Of a stretch of 64,000 bases of DNA, positions 54,653-64,000 are shown piece after piece. The notes beneath the pieces were generated by a model. That model was not told the DNA's origin. It ran no database searches and was given only the letters and a program-made list of their open reading frames with translations. Positions within the stretch are counted from its first letter, which is position 1, and every line of letters starts with the position of its first letter. The stretch comes from the human T2T-CHM13v2.0 reference genome, Homo sapiens, in the NCBI RefSeq assembly GCF_009914755.1, contig NC_060935.1; one strand, written 5' to 3'. The translations under genes and the position numbers were made by a program.

Positions 54653-56663
54653 GGCCTCCCCAGCCATGTGGAATTGTGAGTCAATTAAACTCTTTCCTTT
54701 GTAAATTGCACAGTCTCAGGTATTTCTTTATGAGCAGTGTGAGATCAGACTAATACAGTAAATTGGCACCACAGGGAATGGGGTGCTGCTGTAATGATAC
54801 CTGAAAATGTGGAAGCGACTTTGGAACTGGCTAACAGGCAGAGGTTGGAACACTTTGGAGAGCTCAGAAAAAAACAAGAAGATGTGGGGTAGTTTGGAAC
54901 TTCCTAGAGACTTCACAAATGGTTTGACCAAAATGCTGATAATGATATGGACAATGAAGTCCAGGCTGAGGTGGTCTCAGATGGAGATGAAGAACTTGTT
55001 GGGAACTGGAACAAAGGTGATTCTTGCTATGCTGTAGCAAAGAGACTGTCAGCATTTTGCCCCTGCCCTAGAGTTCTGTGGAACTTCGAACTTGTGAGAG
55101 ATAATTTAGGGTAACTGGTGGAAGAAATTCATAAGCAGCAAAGTGTTCAAGAGGAAGTGGAGCATGAAAGTTTGGAAAATTTGCATACTGACAATGCAAT
55201 AAAAAAAAAGAAAGAAAACATTTTCTGGAGAGCAATTCAAGCCAAAGGCAGAAATTTGCATAAGTAATGAGGAGCCCAATGTTAATCACCAAGACAATGG
55301 GGAAAATGTCTCCAAGGGACAAGGAAACCTTCATGGCAGCCCTTCCCATCATATGCCCAGAGGTCTAGGAGGGAAAAATGGTGTCATGGGCTGGGTCCAG
55401 GGCCTCCCTGCTCTGTACAGCCTCTGGACATGATGCCCTGCATCCCGTCTGCTTCAGCTCCAGCTGTGGCTGAAAGGGGCCACGGTACATCTCAGACCAT
55501 TAATTCAGAGGGTGCAAGCACCAAGCCTTGGTGCCTTCCATGTGGTATTGAGCCTGTGGGCACACAGAAGTCAAGAATTGAGGTTTGGGAACCTCCACCT
55601 ACATTTCAGAGGAGGTATGGAAATGCCTGGATGTCCAGGCAGAAATGTCCTGCAGGGGCGGAAGCCACATGGATAACCTCTTCTAGGGAAGTGCAGAAGG
55701 GAAATGTGGGTTTGGAGTTCTACACAGAGTCACCACCGCATCACTGCCTAGTGGAGCTGTGAGAAGAGAGAGCCACCGTCCTCCAGACTCCAGAATGGTA
55801 GATCCACCGACAACTTGCACCGTGCACCTGGAAAAGGCATGGGCACTCAATGCTAGCCCATGAAAGCAGCCAGGAGGGGGGCTGTACCTTGCAAATCCAC
55901 AGGGTGCAGCTGCACAAGGCTATGCGAGTCCACCTCGTATATCAGCATAACCTGGATGTGAGACATGGAGTCAAAGGAGATAATTTTGGAACTTTAAGGT
56001 TTAATGACTGCGCTATTGGCTTTCAGCATTGCATGGAGCCTGTGGCCCCTTTGTTTTGGCCAATTTCTTCATTTGGAATGGGTATATTTACCCAATGCCT
56101 GTACCCCCATTGTATCTGGGAAGTAACTAACTTGCTTCTATTTTACAGGCTCATAGGCAGAAGGGAATTGTGTTCTCAGATGAGATGTTGGACTTGGACT
56201 TTTGGGTTAAAGCTGGAATGAGTTAAGACTTTGGGGGACTGTTGGAAGGACTGTTTTGAAATGTGAGGACATGAGATTTGGGAGGGGCTGGAACAGAATG
56301 ATGTGGTTTGGCTTTTTGTTTTTACCCAAATCTCACCTTGATTTGTAATCCCATAATCTCCACATTTCAAAGGAGGGTCCTGGTGGGAGGTAATTGAATT
56401 TTGGAGGCAGTTTCTCCCATGCTGTTCACTTGATAGTGAGTGAGTTCTCAGGAGATCCAATGGTTTTTTAAGCATCTGGCATTTCCCCTGCTGGCACTCA
56501 CTCTCTCTTCTGCCACCCTGTGAAGAGGTGCCTTCCACCATGATTATAAGTGTCCTGAGGCCTCCCCAGCCATGCAGAACTCGGAGTCAATTAAGCTTCT
56601 TTCCTTTATAAATTACACAGTCTCAGGTATTTCCTTATAGCAGTGTGAGAACAGACTAATACA
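54653..56663 (+). mobile_element. THE1 (THE1D-like) provirus: truncated 5' LTR (54653-54757), internal region (54758-56298), 3' LTR (56299-56663)
   Basis: ctaataca|gtaaattggcacc junction; THE1-int text (gtggaagcgactttggaactgg); purine tract then tgatgtggtttggc...ctaataca. Confidence 0.93.
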
Positions 56664-57035
56664 GAGAGTAAATTAACATAATAAGACATAGATGCTGTAC
56701 TTGAAATATTATTTTGAGTCACTTGGGAAGCTGTGTGAGGACAGACAGTGATGTAATAAATGTGATTCTGAAGTAGAAGAATAAAGTCAAGGTACTGAGG
56801 GGTCAATGTGAGTTTTCATTCATAAAAGCCATTGGCAACTAGGTAGACTCAATCATGTCTTTTTGTTCTTCTTATGCATCATGCATTTCACCTTCAGTAT
56901 CCATATCAAAAGAAAGGTGACTTTCTATGGAAATGAAAACAAATCAATTACCCTGTGAGAAACCATAAATTCTTGCTGCTGCTTTGTACAGAGTTAAGTG
57001 ATACAGAATTATTAACATATCTCACTCTTAACTTA

Positions 57036-57240
57036 CCCTTCCTTTCGTTTCCTTTCTTTTCCTTTCGTTTCCTTTCCTTTCCTTCCTTTTTCCTCTCTTC
57101 CTTCCTCTCTTTCCTCCTCTTTCCTTCTTTTCCTCTCTCCCACTTCCTCTTTACCTCCCCCTTTCTCTCTCCTTCTCTTCCTGTCTCCTTTTCTTTTTTT
57201 TTAATTTTATTTCATTTTGTTTTCTTTTTGTTCTTTCTTG
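57036..57240. repeat. ~200-bp polypyrimidine (CT-rich) tract
   Basis: Directly visible; explains ORF 56955-57278. Confidence 0.95.
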
Positions 57241-57478
57241 TTAACTTCCTGATTCAATGGATCATGAAATGCAGGTGACTTATAATAGAAATATCTGTGA
57301 AAAAACTGTGTTTCCAATATTAGAACCTTGTAGTGGTGCATCATTGACAACAAATTCAAGTTTCCACTTGAATCAATCATACTTATAGCATTGAACAATG
57401 ATTGAAAAATTATTGTGCCATTATAACACAGCTCCAACTTCACAAATTGAGTACACTGCATAATTAGAAATATTCTGG

Positions 57479-57782
<304 letters not shown>

Positions 57783-57999
57783 TTATAGAAAACTGAATCA
57801 CAATAAACTTGCAGTTGGTTCAGTGGAAAACATATACATGCATTGTAAGCTTGGAAAATTATATTTCTACCATATAGGCAGACATTCTTTATTAAAAAAG
57901 GGCTTGTATATCAACACAGTTTACTAGCATGTAATAGTGACATAAGGATCATGGGTTTATTACCTACTGCAGCCAGCTGCTTTTAAAATTTAATTTCAT

Positions 58000-58600
58000 T
58001 GAGATAAAATTTAATTTTATTGAGATTTATCTAGTTTAAGTGTACAGTCTGATGGATTTGACCAATGGATAGATTCAAAACATAGAATTTTTTCATTACC
58101 CTCCAAAATGTCTTCTTGCTATATTACACTGAATCTTCATCCCCATGTCAACTACTAAACTGATTTCTGTCCCTATTTGTTTGCCTTTTAGAATGTTTTC
58201 CAAATGGAATTGTACAAAATATAGCTTCTAGTTACTGGATTCTTTCACATGGTATAATGCTTTTGAAATTTGTCCATGTTGTTCTATAATTCAGTACTTC
58301 ATTCCTTTTTCATTGCTCAGCAGTAGTCTAGTACTCCATGTCATGGATATACTACAATTTATCTCTTCATTTCTTATTAAACATATATGCTTTATCTAGC
58401 TTTTGGCTATTATGAATAAAGATGCCATAAGCATTTTTGTATATGTTATAATTCTTCTTGGGTAATTACCTAGGACATATTGCAGTGTAATGCAATGTAC
58501 ATATGTTTAATTTTATCAGAAACTGTCAGTTTCCCCAAATGATGATACTAATTTATAATTCCACTCAAATACATTTTAAGTATCAATTTTTCCTTCATGT
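58000..58600 (-). mobile_element. Ancient L1M (L1MB/ME-like) 3' fragment
   Basis: tttaagtgtacagtctgatggattttgac..ttttggctattatgaataaagatgcc. Confidence 0.7.
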
Positions 58601-58621
58601 GATCATGCTAATCTATTTATT

Positions 58622-58648
<27 letters not shown>
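58622..58648. repeat. (TG)n microsatellite
   Basis: Directly visible. Confidence 0.97.
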
Positions 58649-58652
<4 letters not shown>

Positions 58653-59427
58653 GGTTATTGGTGGTAGTAGTTTTCTTTTTCTGTTTGTTTGTTTTTTGCC
58701 TGAGTAAAGAATCAGTACCTATAATTTTAGGTACAGAAATACAATAATCTGAAGTCCTTATATTTAATGTTAGTAATTGGGACTGTCCTGAAAAATTCAA
58801 AATACATGATCATAACTCTGTGACTTAAGGGACCGTAATTAAATGTGGTAGTCAAAGCAAACTGCTGAGAAAGATTTTCTTTTTAAGTATTTTCCTATTA
58901 GTGATGGCCCTCTTAAAAAATGTATTGCTCTAAAATGCAAACAACATTCAGCTCAGCATGTTAGTATTGTAGCAGCTTTTCTTGCTTCCGATCACATTTG
59001 CTTTTACCTGGACATATGTCAAATTCAAATTTATTCTAATTTAATTTAAAAAAAGTAATTGAAAATAAGTAGTAAAAAAAATGAGGCATGCATATGTACA
59101 GATATAATTAGCGTCTAAAATTAGATTGTTGGCCATGCCTGGGTGACAGAAATTTTGTGTGTTTAGTTGTGGATTGGAGGAAGAACAATAATCGACTTTC
59201 TTTAAATAACATGTTTTAAACAAGCTTCGGTTTTTCTCTTTCTGCCTAGGTTGTCCAGAGGTCTGACTCTCAAAGCAGAGCTAAGGGTTTCTGCTTTACT
59301 TCTAAACTGGTTGGACTGTGCTTTGCTTGGCTGCAAAATGTATTCCTGTGAAGTCTGAAAGTATTTTAATCTTCAAGTTTGAAAATATAAATGAGTTACA
59401 CAACTTATCCATGTTTTTGCCTTACAG

Positions 59428-59490
59428 TCAAAAAAAATCCAAGCCCAGCTGAAGGAGCTTCGTTATGGGAAGAAGGATTTATTATTTAAG
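59428..59490 (+). CDS. LUZP2: LUZP2 internal coding exon (probably exon 7), 63 nt, phase 0/0: SKKIQAQLKELRYGKKDLLFK
   Basis: Acceptor tttttgccttacAG| and donor AAG|GTgagt. Splices in frame to 50944-51006 to give ...GIHAEE-SKKIQAQLKELRYGKKDLLFK, as I recall for LUZP2. Confidence 0.93.
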
Positions 59491-60597
59491 GTGAGTCTCT
59501 TTTCTCTCTTTTCCCTGAAACTTGCTAGCTCAATACCTAAAATATCAAAAACATTATTTAGGTTAAATTTATTTTCTGGAATTTCTCATGAATTGGAGTT
59601 GCATTTGACTGCATTAGAAATACTTTCATTTTCTTGACAACTTAATTAATGGAGATAAGTGGAAGTATTATTTCCTACATTCATTCTTAATCAAAAGCAT
59701 GCCTCATTCCAGCAGGTTAGGAGTGTATAAAACAAATCCTGGTTCCCCAGAGTTCATGAGCTGCAGATATTAAGCTGAGAGACTTACGCAAAGGTAGATC
59801 ATACAAGGACTTTTGAATCTTTTAAATTTATTTTTCAAATCAGAATTTTAGAAAGAAATGTTAGAAGACAATGAGACAGTTCAGTAATATTCAGTGTTTT
59901 ACTTGTATGTAATATGCCAGTTGAATATAGATTAGTAATGCATCAACTTTCAGATATTATCAAGATCAGGACTTGTTGAAAATTTTTATGACTTAAAATA
60001 TGAGATATATTGTATGTAAACCTTGTTATTTCATGTTATTTTACATTTTATGAAATCAGGAGACCTGAATACAAAGAGACTATGAAGTTGCATGAATTAG
60101 AATTCCTTTAATGTATACAATACCCACAAAAACTGTTCTACTGTAGGACTTTCATTAACTCAAATAACAAAAGGGCCAGAAGCATGACAATGTTATGATT
60201 TATTTCATAGCTCAACAGTGTCAACAAACCTCAGGTTTGTTTTTCATTGTCCTCTACATCACTCCATATAACAACCCTCAACTTACTGACTTATTCTAAA
60301 CCTTGGTTCCTCATATAATCATGATGGTCGCTAAAGATATACATATTGTGTCTTCATCAAACTATGTACACAATCAAAGCAGAAAAAGGAGGCATTTGTC
60401 CTTCAAGGTCATTATTTTTTATGAAAGAGGAGAGTTTTTCGAGAAGATTCTCCAAACTAGGTTATGCATCCATGCAAAGGTAAAACCTTAGCATTTTTAG
60501 CAATTTTAGATTCTATTGTGAAAGACTGTTTCTTTTACAGATAAGTAATAGAAAGGGAGTTGCTGTGGGTTTAAGTCTTGAATAAACATATGTTGAT

Positions 60598-60676
60598 GAT
60601 AGACAGATAGATAGATAGATGATAGATAGATAGATGGATAGATAGATAGATAGATTAGATAGGTAGATAGATAGAT
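60598..60676. repeat. Interrupted (GATA)n tetranucleotide STR
   Basis: Directly visible. Confidence 0.95.
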
Positions 60677-60709
60677 GTGTCAAGGAAGTAGACAGTAGAA
60701 ACTCAACTG

Positions 60710-60790
60710 TTAGGTTAGTGCAAGAGTAACTGAGGTTCTTGCCATTAAAAAAAAATGGTAAAAACCACAATTACTCTTGCACCAACCTAA
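60710..60790. mobile_element. MADE1 (Hsmar1-derived MITE), 81-bp palindrome
   Basis: ttaggttagtgcaagagtaactgaggttcttgccatt / aatggtaaaaaccacaattactcttgcaccaacctaa, followed by TA. Confidence 0.95.
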
Positions 60791-61273
60791 TAGCACAAAA
60801 GTATCTATTAACACAGACATTCAGCCATGCACCTTTGAAAATGAGTTGACAAACTGGTGAACCCTGAGATGAGTAGTAGATTCTATTTCACATACTTTCC
60901 CCTTAGGATATGTTCAATTTTGAATAGATTTTATTTTATTTTATTTTTTATTTATTTATTTTTTTTAGTAAATGTAGACTTTGAAGAAGTAATGCTTGCT
61001 GTCAAAACATTTACATTTCATCCTAAAAATAATGACACATGCTGGCACTTGCAAGGCATAATGATGAATTAAGTGCCCTTATTAATGCTTGAGAGCTGCC
61101 TTTAGCTTGGAAGAGGCTTTTAGCTGAAGTACAAATCCTTCACTAAAGATAGAGGTGAGGCCTAACTGACTGTTAGTTGCCCAGAGACTTGAGTTACTTT
61201 ATATCCTCCTTGATTCCATTTGGAGCTGATATATTCTCTAGAATACCTAATCTCCATTTTAGTGCTCTTTTTA

Positions 61274-63589
<2,316 letters not shown>

Positions 63590-63814
63590 TAAAAAAAAAA
63601 TCCTAAATATTATTTATCATTGAAGAAAAATTTCAAAAAAGTGTCAAAAAATATAAAGCCAAACTTAAAATCCCGTCACCAGAGCAAATGCAAACAATAT
63701 TTTAACATATTTTATATTTCTGTCTATTTCCCTTTGTATGAATTATATCTGCCTGGTCATTGATATATATACACATATATCTCCATTGGAATACATCTAT
63801 ATATATATGTTCTT

Positions 63815-64000
63815 TATATATATCCATAATATATATTATATATAGTTATATATAATATATATCCATAATATGTATTATATATAGTTATATATACTATATA
63901 TCCATAATATGTATTATATATAGTTATATATACTATATATCCATAATATGTATTATATATAGTTATATATACTATATATCCATAATATGTATTATATATA
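63815..64000. repeat. AT-rich minisatellite, 39-bp unit TCCATAATATGTATTATATATAGTTATATATACTATATA, running off the window end
   Basis: TCCATAAT recurs at 63823, 63862, 63901, 63940 and 63979. Confidence 0.97.

Noticed and set aside
54807-56541. Several 60-123 aa ORFs
   Set aside because: Fragments of the decayed THE1 internal region and LTR.

Overview
AT-rich, repeat-dense primate (very probably human) genomic DNA, almost entirely intronic. Two 63-nt phase-0 coding exons on the + strand (50944-51006, NKSLKNKLLSGNKLCGIHAEE; 59428-59490, SKKIQAQLKELRYGKKDLLFK) are missing from the ORF track. They match my recollection of consecutive residues (~133-174) of LUZP2 (leucine zipper protein 2, 11p14), probably exons 6 and 7. 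The rest is a layered record of L1 (L1PA/PB/M), Alu, ERV/MaLR LTRs (LTR22, LTR12, LTR18, THE1, MER34, MER57 and others), Tigger1, MADE1, MIR/L2 and simple repeats. All long ORFs in the track are transposon-derived or low-complexity. I found no convincing new multi-gene system. The most interesting observations are: (1) a 5'-intact L1 that stops ~60 codons into ORF2, 18 nt after the position of the internal AATAAA, with an A-rich tail and target-site duplication, consistent with a retrotransposed prematurely polyadenylated L1 mRNA; (2) an 85-bp inverted copy of neighbouring L1 5'UTR inserted into a solo LTR22, plus other templated-repair scars; (3) candidate alternative terminal or poison exons of LUZP2; (4) a sense-oriented solo LTR12 upstream of the exons; (5) a MADE1 hairpin with a symmetric substitution and a hairpin-rich 39-bp AT minisatellite. 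Repeat subfamily names come from memory of consensus sequences, and many boundaries are approximate.
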